A stretch of 64,000 nt of DNA from Octopus vulgaris (taxonomy: Eukaryota). Within the stretch, counting starts at the first letter, position 1; each line of letters opens with the position of its first letter. Location: the NCBI GenBank assembly GCA_951406725.2, contig OX597838.1:10168001-10232000 (forward strand). The letters run 5' to 3'. The notes beneath the pieces were generated by a model. It saw only the letters and a list, made by a program, of their open reading frames with translations. It did not search any database and had not been told where the DNA came from. Below are positions 50,351 to 63,387 of the stretch, piece by piece. A program made the translations under genes and the position numbers.

Positions 50351-51194
50351 GTAGAAATCAACTGAAAGCAAAAGTAGAAGCAAAAGAATAAATAAATGAA
50401 TCAATAAAATATATTAAAATATTTTCTATGGAAGACCAACGAGAATATAATCATATAATCATATAATCCTCACAGAAAACTACTTCACCGCATGGAAATG
50501 ATATAAAAAAAAATAGCAACACTTTTTTTTTCCTTTCTGTCAATTGTTAAGATCTTGTTGCAAGCTAGTAGAAACGTTAGCAGGCCGGGCGAAATTCGTA
50601 GCCGTATTTCGTCTGTCGTTACGTTCCGAGTTCAAATTCCGCCGAGGTCGACTTTGCCTTTCATCCTTTCGGGGTCGATAAATTAAGTACCAGTTACGCA
50701 CTGGGGTCGATGTAATCGACTTAATCCCTTTGTCTGTCCTTGTTTGTCCCCTCTGTGTTTAGCCCCTTGTGGGTAGTAAAGAAATATATATTCTTTCACA
50801 CAGACCAGCCAACTTGGGAGTTAAAACTGAGAAGCCCGGACAAATGGCGTGTTTATTCGTCACTGTGATTCTATAACTATGTACCCAGGTATATAACTCA
50901 AGCTTTCGTGAAGAAAAAGAAAACGAACAAAAAAACATGGTGTGTCTCTCTTTTACTCTTTTACTCCTTTACTTGTTTCTGTCATTTGCCTGTGGCCATG
51001 CTGGAGCACCGCCTTTAGTCCAGGACTTATTCTTTGTAAGCCTAGTACTTATTCTATCGGTCTTTTTTGCCGAACCGCTAGGTTACGGGAACGTAAACAC
51101 ACCAGTATCGGTTGTCAAGCGATGTTGGGGGGGGGGGACAAACACAGACACACAAACATACATACATACATACATACATACATACATACATACA

Positions 51195-51228
<34 letters not shown>

Positions 51229-52251
51229 AGGCGGCGAGTTGGCAGAAACGTTAGCGCGCCGGGCGAAATGCTCAGCGGTATTTCGTCTGTCATTACGTTC
51301 TGAGTTCAAATTCCGCCGAGGTCGACTTTGCCTTTCATCTTTTCGGGGTCGATAAATAAAGTACCATTTTCGCACTGGGGTCGATGTAATCGACTTAATC
51401 CCTTTGTCTGTTCTTGTTTGTCCCCTCTCTGTTTAGCCCCTTGTGGGTAGTAAAGAAATACATATATACATATATACGACGGGCTTCTTTCAGTCTCCGT
51501 CTACCAAATCCACTCACAAGGCTTTGGTCGGCCCGAGGCTATAGCCAAAGACACCTGCCCAAGGTGTCACGCAGAGGGACTGAACCCGGACCCATGTGGT
51601 TCGTATGCAAGCCACTTACAACACAGTCACTCCTACGCCTATAAAATTTGATAAGAACTTTCTATAAGAAGTTGCATAAACCATTTTTTAAAATAAATTA
51701 TGCGTTATTTTTTCCTTGACCCCCCCCTTTTTTTTTTTACATGAAAACCTCTCTCCCTAAAACAATTATTTTCATTGATGTCCTATTAAAATAGCAAAAT
51801 TAAAGTAGCAAGAGTCGTCTTTAAAAGATAGGCGCAGGTATAATAGCTGTGTGTTCCTTCGCAATCACGAATTTTCGGGTTCAATCCTACTGGCAAGTAT
51901 CTTCGGGCCATAGCCAACCACCAGTACGGCCGATGCCTTGTGAGTAATCTGGCGGACAGAAACTCTGTGTGTGTGTGTGTGTGAATATAAATCCAACTAA
52001 TAAGAAGACAAAGAAATCCTTTAACACATCTTTAAATATCCTTTACAATTGTTTCTGTACCAACTCTGTTTGCAACGCCAGTTTAGGCAAAAAAAAATTC
52101 GAAATGAAATTTAACGTAATGCTTGCGATTTTAGATATTAAAGTGGCACTTCACTTCATCAGACTTGCATGAAAAGGTGCGCTCGTACATTGTACGTCTT
52201 CCAGGCATTGTTTGTTTGTTTGTATCGAGAAGAAACAAAAAGTAAATAAAA

Positions 52252-52622
52252 GGAAGAAGAAGAAGAAGAAGAAGAAGAAGAAGAAGAAGAAGAAGAAGAA
52301 GAAGAAGAAGAAGAAGAAGAAGAAGAAGAAGAAGGAAGAAGGAAGAAGAAGGAAGAAGAAGAAGGAAGAAGAAGAAGAAGAAGAAGAAGAAGCAGAAGAA
52401 GGAAGAAATAGAAGAAGAAGAAGAAGAAGAAGAAGAAGAAGAAGAAGAAGAAGAAGAAGAAGAAGAAGAAGAAGAAGAAGAAGAAGAAGAAGAAGAAGAA
52501 GAAGAAGAAGAAGAAGAAGAAGAAGAAGAAGAAGAAGAAGAAGAAGAAGAAGAAGAAGAAGAAGAAGAAGAAGAAGAAGAAGAAGAAGAAGAAGAAGAAG
52601 AAGAAGAAGAAGGGAGAAGAAG
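52252..52622. repeat. ~370-bp (GAA)n trinucleotide tract
   Basis: Directly visible. Confidence 0.97.
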
Positions 52623-52994
52623 AAATTTCTTGACAACGTTTCAATTAAAGTCTAAATTCTAGGATTCTGCTTGGATCTTTTCTATTTGGTTGCCGCTTTT
52701 AATTTCTTCAACTTTTGTTCCAATTTGATTTCATATTTAGTGTGATGATGTAGTTTGGTATGGTAATCATTGATATGAAATTCATTTTCGCCATAAATCA
52801 ATAAATAAAGAGTTAATAGTTTTCAAAATTTACAATTTTACAAATTTTGGGTAATTTTAGCCAATTGAAAGTCATAGATATATAAGAGCCTGTTTTTCAT
52901 AGTAACAAGCCAAGCTGTTACCAAGCTGCTTGTCCACGTGGTCATTTTTCGCTTATTTGATGATTAAAACACATGAGGTATAAGTTGGTCGTGA

Positions 52995-53225
52995 AAGGCG
53001 GCGAGCTGGCAGAAACGTTAGCACGCCGGGCGAAATGCTTAGCGGTATTTCGTCTGCGTTACGTTGTGAGTTCAAATTCCGCCGAGGTCGACTTTGCCTT
53101 TCATCCTTTCGGGGTCGATAAATTAAGTACCAGTTACGCACTGGGGTCGATGTAATCGACTTAATACCTATGTCTGTCCTTGTTTGTCCCCTCTGTGTTT
53201 AGCCCCTTGTGGGTAATAAAGAAAT
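52995..53225 (+). mobile_element. Young tRNA-derived SINE, family B (MetaSINE-like core), with 19-bp TSD
   Basis: Core GCCTTTCATCCTTTCGGGGTCGATAAATTAAGTACC; TSD AGGTATAAGTTGGTCGTGA at 52976-52994 and 53226-53244. Other copies at ~50560-50786, 51228-51460 (nested in a family A SINE), 58639-58868, 60410-60642(-), 61065-61294, 62035-62263(-), with older ones at ~3452-3628, 13255-13425, 49200-49500 and 62866-63130. Confidence 0.88.
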
Positions 53226-53609
53226 AGGTATAAGTTGGTCGTGATATGTACTAAAATAATAGTTAAATAAATAGGTTTTAAATCACGCAACAAAATTTTT
53301 TTTTGGGGGGGGGTGTATAATCTTGTGGATTCCGGTGTGTAGAATACAATTTCGCAAAAATGTTCTGAAAATTCAAAGAAATAAAATTAAAATGTTATGA
53401 GAGGTTATATGGTGTGCGTAAAGCAGAATTCGCCAATATTTCATTTGTTTGCGGTTGACAACACGCGCTGTCACGTGCAAAATGACAGCTTGCAAATCCT
53501 GTTTTCTGACTCGGTAAAAATTATCAAACTTTAATAAACCTCTTAAACTTATGTGAAATATGAGAAAAAGCAGTAAAATATGACAACCGAGACTTTGTGG
53601 AGTTAACAC

Positions 53610-54955
53610 CGAAGATATCACCCACATCATAAGCAGTTGTCTGAAAAAGTCATCATGGTATTATCTACCGATGAGACATGATATTGTAGCTAGGACATGC
53701 TATAATAAAATCCGTCGGATAACCTGGAGGACTAGCACCCATAGTTACTCAATAAAAAGGAGTACTGGTGGAATGTCCCAGTGAAGACTTCAATAAAATG
53801 TAAGCACAACAGACCTGATACATGTTTCTGTAAAAAGTGAATAAGCCCCTGCGATTTAGCATGGAAAATTACATCATGTATTTTTTAATTTTCACTGAAG
53901 GGGATAGCCTCTCTGTGATGTTGTACATACTTTCTGTAACCCTTTGAATATGCATGAGATGAAAAAGAGCCTTGAGCTACTTACAACATTCTCAAAGGAT
54001 GGAGGGTTGGAGTTTAGTCAGGATAAATATTGTTATATCATCATTATCGTTTAACGTCAGTTCTCCATGCTAGTATGGGTTGGACGGTTCGACCGGGGAT
54101 CTGGAAAGCCAGAAGGCTGCCCCAGGTTCCGGTCTTATCTGGCAATGTTTCTACAGCTGGATGCCCTTCCTAACGCCAACCACTCCGTGAGTGTAGTGGA
54201 TGCTTTTTACGTGCCACCTGCACTGGGGCTAGGCGAGGCTGGCATCGGCCACGGTCGGATTGGTGCATTTTACGTGCCACCTGCACGGAAGCCAGTCGAG
54301 GCGGCACTGGCTTCGGCCACGATTCGGATGGTGCTTTTTACGTGCCACCGACACGGAAGCCAGTCGAGGCGGCGCTGGCATCGGCCACGAAGACTATAAA
54401 CCAGACTAGCAACATCTCCATCAATGATTTAACGGTTTCCCCTATATTGACGAGGAATGTTACAGGTATCTAGGGTCGGATGAAAACATATCTTACAATG
54501 GTACCTATAACAAAACACGTGACACTAAAGAATATTAAAGCTGGATAAAGAAAATTTGGACCTCAGAACTCGCTGCATTCAATAAAACAGTGGCCCACAA
54601 TGTGTTTGCGGTGCCAGTACTCATACCAACATTTGGGTTGCTTGATGCGATCCGAGCCATTGATGTGAAAACCCGAAAAATACTAACAAGCACACATAAT
54701 TTCCACATCAACAGTGACGTAGACCATCTCTACATAAAACGAAAACAAGGCGGCAGAAGCCTAACATCGATCCAAAATGCCTTTCAATGTAGTATCATAT
54801 TCCTTCGGTAACATCTTTTAACCACCAAGTGTCGAAGTCCATTCTTTGACCAAGTTTGCATACTTGAGGCTGATAACATCATAACACTTGGAGGGCAGCT
54901 CCTTAAGCAACACTTTTTGTCTGATAACCTAGAAAACATTCCCAAAGAAGTCGCA
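53610..54955 (+). mobile_element. Two fragments of an R4/Dong-like LINE, separated by an RTE-tail insertion
   Basis: RHDIVAR and YWWNVPVKTSIKCKHNRPD (RLE) at 53.65-53.82 kb; YRYLG, AHNVFAVPVLIPTFG and DHLYIKRKQGGRSL (post-RT) at 54.4-54.95 kb. Confidence 0.7.
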
Positions 54956-55283
54956 ATTAAGAAAAAAAATTTAGGGTTAGGGGGAGGGAGAGGGTTAGTT
55001 ACAGGATGTTGTCTCAGTTTTAGACGCAGCAAATGTTGTTTACCTAAATGGAGGTAATCGATTGGTTAAAATTGCTGAAATGCTCGGATTTTCAGACGAA
55101 ATATGTTACAACATATAGAATTTTCTCAATAAAGCCAAGAAAAAAATGATGTTTTATAGACACATTTTACCAGTATACGAAGTTTTAAAGTGTTTAGTTA
55201 ACTAGAAATTGTGTTGAAATCTGGCCTTCAAAAGGAAAAGATCCATGTTAGTTTCAGGAAAACGAAAGGTAAAAGGAAGGTGA

Positions 55284-55364
<81 letters not shown>

Positions 55365-56036
55365 TCTATCGCAAATGTTAGTTTATTCATATCTTCTTGT
55401 TGGGCTCCCGTCATTTAGTGAGCTGTCTCTGAAGTTCTACGTTCGTGGAATCCCATCCGCAAATGAATTCAAGGAAAAAGCTGTTTTACAGCGAACACGA
55501 TAGGGTCCGATGAGCAAAGACTTAAACGTGACAGTCAAAGAAAAAACTGTTGATGTAAAGTCATACATAAAAGAAATACTAACATTTTTTTCCCCAGCAC
55601 ACTCGCCAAGCTAGAGAGACGTTAGACGGATCACGTGACTTTTAAGAGAAGCAGACGTTGTTTGGCTGCCATATACTTTCCCCAACGAGACGGGAAAGCG
55701 TGTCACTGCGACCCAATGCGGTGATTATGTTTTCACCTCTTATTTTTAATGTTTCAGTCATTGAACTGTGGCCACGCTGGAGCATCATCTCGAAGGGTTT
55801 TAGTCGAACTAATCGGCCCTAGTACTTTCGTTTCTTTTCGTTTTTTTTTTTCTTTTAAGACCAATATTTATTCTATGTTTTCCACTAAGTTACAGGGAGA
55901 TAAACCAACCAACATCAATTGTCAAGCTGCGGCTGAGGGTGGGTAACAAACACAGACTGAGAGGCATATACAGACGGACACACGCACACACTTACACACA
56001 CACACACACAACAAACAAACCTAACGTCAAGCTGCC

Positions 56037-56473
56037 GGATCTTTTCGGTTTGAACGGCAGTTTTTAACATAATTTCTAGGTAACTAAAAAATTTTAAACT
56101 TCGTATATTGGTAGAATGTGTTTATAAAACATCTTTTTCTCTTGGCTTTATTGAGAAAATTCTATAGTTTGTAAGATATTTGTTGTTGTTTTTTTTCAAT
56201 TTCTGCAGTTTCAACCAATCAGTGACGTCTATTGAGTTAAAAAACATTCTGTGCCGTATGAATATGTCCCTCGTTTAAGAAACAGAGTGGGTTTATTTAC
56301 ATTTGTGAAGAAAAAAATATACCCTTCCCCCACTCCTAATCCTAACCCTAACCCTAACTAACCCTAACTCTAAAAGAGATTGAATGCAATAGATCGATTT
56401 TAGGGTCATAATTATGGGTGACAATTTCATATGACACCGCTAGAAAAAACTGCCGTTCAAACCGAAAAGATCC
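56037..56473. mobile_element. MITE with 29-bp TIRs and 8-bp TSD (Merlin-like ends), containing (CCCTAA)n; related partial copy inverted at ~54960-55244
   Basis: GGATCTTTTCGGTTTGAACGGCAGTTTTT ... AAAAACTGCCGTTCAAACCGAAAAGATCC; flanks AAGCTGCC / AAGCTGAC. Confidence 0.85.
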
Positions 56474-57007
56474 AAGCTGACTTTTACAGATCACTTCTTG
56501 CGCAGTTTTCGAAACCTGAGAAAAATAAGTAGAGGTGCAAATTTTGATTTTGCAACCCTAAACAATTTTAGGAGGTGCACTTGCCCCTCCTGTATTCCCT
56601 GTTCCCGGGCCCATGTACCGAGCTACCAATTTCGGCATAGAACGAGTACAGCGTAGAGCTTAGCTTGTAATTCGGAGCCACCTCTCAACAAGTGAAGACT
56701 ATTTTCACCTGTCTCAATCGAGGGAATAAAGGTGTTGTGGTACTCATGGTTTTACAATAGACTTATATCTTTGCGACTTATGCGTGCGAAAAATTAATCT
56801 GTTTGACCGCATAACACAGGTTCGTTGACTCTTTGAAGGCATTGTTTTCTGTTATTCAATCCTTTTCTTGTGAGAAAAAAAAAAATTCTTTCATTAATTC
56901 TTTTCATTATACTTTTTATTTGAGAATAATTCTTTTTTTTTCACTAAATTCGTATAATTTTCTTATAATAAAAAAAACAACTAAGAAGGACCTCTATTGT
57001 TCTCATT

Positions 57008-57059
57008 GTCTACCGTAGAGACGTTCCCATGGCAACGGATAGTTGTGACTGCGGTAAGT
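57008..57059 (+). promoter_or_regulatory. RFX X-box (GTTCCCATGGCAAC) with adjacent degenerate box and GTAAGT donor; candidate first exon of a divergent gene
   Basis: Consensus X-box at 57023-57036, palindromic GTCTACCGTAGAGAC at 57008-57022, donor GCG|GTAAGT at 57054. Confidence 0.55.
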
Positions 57060-57281
57060 CAGCCATAAAGGTTTTTGGCCGGCTAAAACTACGTAATTTG
57101 CAGAACTGCTAAGTTACGTGGACATAAACACACCAACATCGGTCGCCAAGGCTTTGTCCGGCCTGAGGCCACAGTAGAAGGCACTTGCCCAAGGTGCCAG
57201 GCAGTGATACTGAACCCGGTACCTTGTGGTTGGGAAGCAAGCTTTTTACCACACAGCCACGCCTGCGCCTGTATGTGTGTG

Positions 57282-57334
<53 letters not shown>

Positions 57335-57359
57335 CTGTGTGTGTATGTGTGTGTGTGCG

Positions 57360-58113
57360 TGTAACGGTTAGGTTTTTATTAGAGTATAGTTACCAATTGT
57401 AACGGGTAAGATTGATTAGGTACACAATATTATGAAATATCGGAGTCAGCAGTTGGAACGATAAAAATTTGTTATTATAACGTCATGTTGTAGCATGTGA
57501 AAGATGAACAATGCATGAAGTTTTAAGAAAGTATTTATTTACCGTTACGTTACAATATCTTGCTTCGACGAGCAGGTTTTGATAAATCCAAAAGCATGCA
57601 AAGTAAAGTTTGTGTTTGTGTCCTCTTCATTGTTTAGTAGTAATTACAGAGAGAGATAGAATGATGTTGTAAGGGAACAGAATTAGAGCTAGTGAGAGTT
57701 GTAGGGTGTTGTCTCACAGTTACTGACAGTAAACTTCATTTCTCCCTCTGACCAAGGCTCTAGCTGGTCAGCCAGACTTCGTTGTCACCGGAGTGACTAA
57801 CTGGTTGAGTCGTCACCAACTGATTTTTGCTTGGGGTGTTCTTGTTTTATAACTATCCAGAAGGATAGACATACCATTGAGAACAATAGATTTAGCTAGT
57901 GGTCTTGTTATTTCTATTCTAGCTTTTGGTGAAGTAGAAGAGGTTTGAAAGGGTCAAGTGGTGAAGACATTATTTCGGCCTAGCTAAAAGTAACTGGAAA
58001 ATGTAAAACTGCTGTCAGAGAAAAACTATTGTTCCACCGTGGGAAAAGTTCTGTTGCGGTGTTAATTTAAATTTGGCAATGGTGGGTCGAATCCCCTTCA
58101 TGCTTGCAAGATC

Positions 58114-58120
<7 letters not shown>
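57360..58120 (-). mobile_element. Solo-LTR-like element (copy 1)
   Basis: On the minus strand begins TGTAGTGGATCTTGCA and ends ...CCGTTAC; homologous to 58986-59347. Confidence 0.6.
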
Positions 58121-58183
<63 letters not shown>

Positions 58184-58985
58184 GTATTAGGGTGTGTGTT
58201 TGTGTGTGCTTGTAAGATATTGTTTCTGGGATTCATAGTCAAGAATCGATACCTTAACCTAGATTCTCATCTGGCATCTTTTGTTTCGACGTTAGTACTC
58301 GGAAATTTATGAGGTCATCTGTCAAACTTATCTTGGTTCCTTTGTTTCAGCTAAAATTCCATGCCGTTTCGAGGTTATGATAGATAAGGCATATACATTC
58401 CTTTGTTCCTCAACATACATTCAGTTCTTCTCATAGGTTTAGGAACTCCGAGAGAACATCACGGTCAGTATATTTTCGCTTCCACATGCCGTACAGCTTC
58501 GCTTTCTAGCAAGCAACTTTTCCCAACTGACACATCCCTAAGGGTATGCGAGTATTTATTTATGTCTTTCTGCATGAACTGCTAAACTGCCGACTCCTAC
58601 TATAACCTTGTATACTGTATATGTTGCGAATAAAAACTGCGGCGAGCTGGCAGAACCGTTAGCACGCCAGGCGAAATGCGTAGCCATATTTCGTCTGTCG
58701 CAACGTTCCGAGTTCAAATTCCGCCGAGGTCGACTTTGCCTTTCATCCTGTCGGGGTCGATAAATTAGGTACCAGTTACGCACTTGGGTCGATATAATCG
58801 ACTTAATCCCTTTGTCTGTCCTTGTTTGTCCTCTCTGTGTTTAGCCCCTTGTGGGTAGTAAAGAAATAAATATCTTTCTTTTCCATGCTGATTATTATGC
58901 TGTCTTGAACAATTTAATCATAGCATAACCTGTTACATTTCGTGACATCGACGCAAAAACAACTCGTTATATATGTGTGTGTGTG

Positions 58986-59347
58986 TGTAGTGGATCTTGC
59001 AGGCATGGCGTGGATTCGATCCTAGATAGCCAAACTTAAATTAACAGTTCAACAGCACTTTTCTCACGGTAAAACAATAGTCTTTCTGTGACAATAGTTA
59101 CATTTGCCAGATGCCCTTAGCTAAGCAAAATAATGTCTTCACCACTTGACCTTTCTAACCTGTTCTATTTCACCAATTGCTAGAATAGAGATATCACAGA
59201 CCTCCAACGAAATCTATTGTTCTCAACGATATGCCTATGTCTATCATTACACACGATGACCCTCGACTTCAACGAAGAACTAACCGCTACAAATTATTGT
59301 TTACAAATTAATCTCAACCTTTATCAAACTAATTTTCTACCGTTACA
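58986..59347 (+). mobile_element. Solo-LTR-like element (copy 2, inverted relative to copy 1)
   Basis: TGTAGTGGATCTTGCAGGCATG...CCGTTACA; TG...CA termini; inserted next to (TG)n. Confidence 0.6.
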
Positions 59348-59771
59348 AAATTAATATCAACCATTACATATATATATAAAGGAGTGGCTGTGTGGTAAGC
59401 AGCTTGCTTACCAACCACATGGTTCCGGGTTCAGTCCCACTGCGTGGCACTTTGGGCAAGTGTCTTCTACTATAGCCTCGGGCCGACCAAAGCCTTGTGA
59501 GTGAATTTGGTAGACGGAAACTGAAAGAAGCCCGTCGTATATATGTATATATATGTGTGTGTTTGTGTGTCTGTGTTTGTCCCCCTAGCATTGCATGGCA
59601 ACCGATGCTGGTGTGTTGACGTCCCCGTAACTTTGCGGTTCGGCAAAAGAGAGACCGATAGAATAAGTACTGGGCTTACAAAGAATAAGTCCCGGGGTCG
59701 AGTTGCTCGACTAAAGGCGGTGCTCCAGCATGGCCGCAGTCAAATGACTGAAACAAGTAAAAGAGTAAGAG

Positions 59772-59831
<60 letters not shown>

Positions 59832-60749
59832 CGGTTATATGCAGGTGTTTATTGATATGTAGTACTTCGGTTGAGACATGGACAGGTTAAGAAATGATTC
59901 TCAGGTGTCGTCAAGCGTAAAATTGGAATCTTTTTCTGTTTGGCTACCAGCGGCTCCAAAATTTTAAGTTTACCGAAAATTTTAAAATTTGACACACTAA
60001 TACACTTGCCTAAACTGAATTGCTGGAGTTATTTCATTTTTTCCAGAAAAATGTTTTTTAAAAGTTATAGAGGCTTAAAGTTTGGTCATTTTCACCCAGT
60101 CAGGAAACTGGATTTGGAAGCTGCCATCTTGTGCGTGACTGCAGATTTTGTTGTCAACATCCTGAAAATAGTACGTGTTGTCAATATTTGTAAACAACAC
60201 GTGTTACGTCTCCGGTAATTATCTTTCATGTAAATAAATCTTATTTAGCTGTTATTTTTAGCACGAAAGTTCTCCGGTTATTTTCTTTCATATGAATAAA
60301 TGTTTTTGTTAATCTAAGAAAGAAAACCTCCGAGCGAGATGTTGGTAAATAAAGCTTTAATTTAAAAGATTTACTGAAAATTTTTTATTTAGCTGTATAT
60401 TTAGCATACCTATTTCTTTACTGCCCACAAGGGGCTACACACAGAGGGGACAAACAAGGACAGACACATGGATTAAGTCGATTATATCGACCCCAGTACG
60501 TAACTGGTACTTATTTAATCGACCCCGAAAGGATGAAAGGCAAAGTCGACCTCGGCGGAACTTGAACTCAGAACGTAACGGCAGACGAAATACCGCTAAG
60601 CATTTCGCCCGGCGTGCTCACGGTTCTGCCAGCTCGCCGCCTTACCTTACAACCACCTCAATGCTAAATGACAAAAAGAAACGAGTAAACAAAACTGCTC
60701 TCAACACGTGCTTCCTCGCATACTTTTCAAAGAATAATACTATGGCCAC

Positions 60750-61690
60750 AGGCAAAAACATTCTCATGTTTCCGCTTGTTACTATCGAAACAGACATGAA
60801 TGTGTTTAGCAAAACATATCAAAAAGCCGACATCATGATTGCTGCTCAATGGTCTGTGAACACAAAGGATTTAAGACGTGACATGGACATCGTGAAAACC
60901 AAGTTGCCCCAAACTGTGATAGTCTTTGGGTGTGTCTCCATTGAAGGCGAGGTCATGCCACCCCACATCTTTGAACTAGGGCCTTGGGTTCATTTCAGAC
61001 ACCTATATCAAGCTACTGGAGACTGTGGTCAATCCTGTCAAGCGATGGTTGCTGCTGGAAGGCCGCAAAACGAGCTGGCAGAAACGTTAGCACGCCGGGC
61101 GAAATGCTTAGCGGTATTTCGTCTGCGTTACGTTGTGAGTTCAAATTCCGCCGAGGTCGACTTTGCCTTTCATCCTTTCGGGGTCGATAAATTAAGTACC
61201 AGTTACGCACTGGGGTCGATGTAATCGAATTAATACCTATGTCTGTCCTTGTTTGTCCGCTCTGTGTTTAGCCCCTTGTGGGTAATAAAGAAATAGGTTG
61301 CTGCTGGAAGGCCATATGAATGGCAGCAAAATTCAGTTCCTCGCCATATCTCCGGAAAGAGTCAGAAGCGATTGCCGAAGAATTTCTACGAGACCACGCA
61401 CCACAATTTCTGGCCCCTTATTTCCCTCGATTGTAGTCCCATTGATTTACTATGTGTGGAGCACGGCTGAGAAAGATACCAACCGCTTTGCTTGCAGCAT
61501 CAAGGTCGAGCCAAGATCAAGATGTCCGAGGATCTTCCCTGGGATACAGTGAGGAATGTATGCACCAGGTTCCGGAGTTTTCTTGAGATTGTGGTGGAAG
61601 CTGAGGGCGGATTCTTTGAGTAAACTGTTATCTCCCAGTCATAATCTAATTGATTTTTTTTTTATATTGTGTGTTTTTCCATTTATACAA
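60750..61690 (+). mobile_element. Decayed Tc1/mariner-superfamily (maT/DD37D-like) transposase, interrupted by a SINE with 18-bp TSD
   Basis: VIVFGCVSIEGEVMPPHIF and PLIYYVWS (SPDLNPLDYYVWS-like) remnants; SINE 61065-61294 flanked by GGTTGCTGCTGGAAGGCC. Confidence 0.7.
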
Positions 61691-63352
61691 ACAACCCGAA
61701 TAAGTAGGCTCTAAAGATACAGCCTTGTCGCTCACTGTATCACACCGATTCTGCCTGAGAATAATGTTATGGGTACCCGAGTCTGTGGAATACTCAACCA
61801 CTTACATGTTAATTCAGGAGCCGGTTGTGTTTTACTTGATTGAACGATTGAATCCTCATTGTTGAACGACGGAGGCCCACCAACACCGTCGCCACAACCA
61901 TCACCACCAAAACCACCACCAACATCATTACTCCTTATACCACCATCATCATCATCACCACCACTATCACCACCATAATCACGACGACCATCCCCACCAC
62001 CATCTCCGATTCCATAACTACCACCAACTATACCTATTTCTTTATTACCCACAAGGGGCTAAACACAGAGGGGACAAACAAGGACAGACATAGGTATTAA
62101 GTCGATTACATCGACCCCAGTGCGTAACTGGTACTTAATTTATCGACTCCGAAAGGATGAAAGGCAAAGTCGACCTCGGCGGAATTTGAACTCACAACGT
62201 AACGCAGACGAGATACCGCTAAGCATTTCGCCCGGCGTGCTAACGTTTCTGCCAGCTCGCCGCTACCAACTATACCACCACCACCAACTATACCATCACC
62301 ACCATCACCATCACCATCACCATCATCACCATCGCCACCACCACAACCATCACCGCCACTACTACCATCATCATCACCAACAACGCCACTTCCCTGGAAA
62401 GAAAAGTTAAGTCTCTAAGCGATGTGGACGACTAATTCTTGGAGAGTATTATGGCTAAATTAAGACAGACTCGACCAGAAACTAAAAAGAAAAAAGTTAA
62501 ACAGTTCTGTATCTAACTTTGATATTAGCTTCGTGCTATTCAGATATTATTTCTTGAGGTATTGGTTACAACTAATTGACCAAACAGTATATAAAACGTA
62601 TAATTCTGCGAATATGATTGACTTCGAGGTTGTGTTTTCAAACGATATCTTATTAACACGACACTAACATGGAAACCGTACCAGCGACATCTTGAAAGAA
62701 AAGAGAAAAACCCGTCTGGCGAATGTTTATTTCAGTAAATCGATACATCGATACAATGTAAACACGCTTATTTAATAACTTGGGGGTGGGGGGACAAGGG
62801 AAATTCAAACTAAAATCAAATAAACTGAACAATACTATTGATTTTTTGATAATAATACAATACGAAGGCGGCGAGCTGGCGGAATCGTTACCGCGACGGA
62901 CAAACGACAGAGCGGTGTTTCTTCCTGTTCTTTATGTCCTGTGTTCAAATACTGCTGAGGTCGATCATGCTTTTTCAGGGTCGATAATGCTTTTAAGCTT
63001 TTCGGGGTCGATAAAGCTTTTCAGCTTTCCGGGGGTCGATAAAATAAGTCCCAGTTGAGCACTGGAGTCGGTATCCCATCGACTTATCCCATCTTCCGAA
63101 ATAGCGGTCCATGGGCGAAAATTTGAAACTAATTCTCTTTCTCTCTTTTTTACTTGTTTCAGTCATTTGACTGCAGCCATGCTGGAGCACCGCCTTTAGT
63201 CGAGCAAATCGACCCCAGGACTTATTCTTTGTAATCCCAGTACTTATTCTATCGGTTCTCTTTTGCCGAACTGCTAAGTGACGGGGACGTAAACACACCA
63301 GCATCGGTTGTCAAGCAATGCTAGGGGGACAAACACAGACACACAAACATAT

Positions 63353-63387
<35 letters not shown>

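Noticed and set aside
52151-52655. Poly-Leu/Phe/Lys/Arg ORFs
   Set aside because: Translations of the (GAA)n tract.
60562-61224. 220-aa ORF
   Set aside because: Chance fusion of SINE, transposase and SINE sequence.
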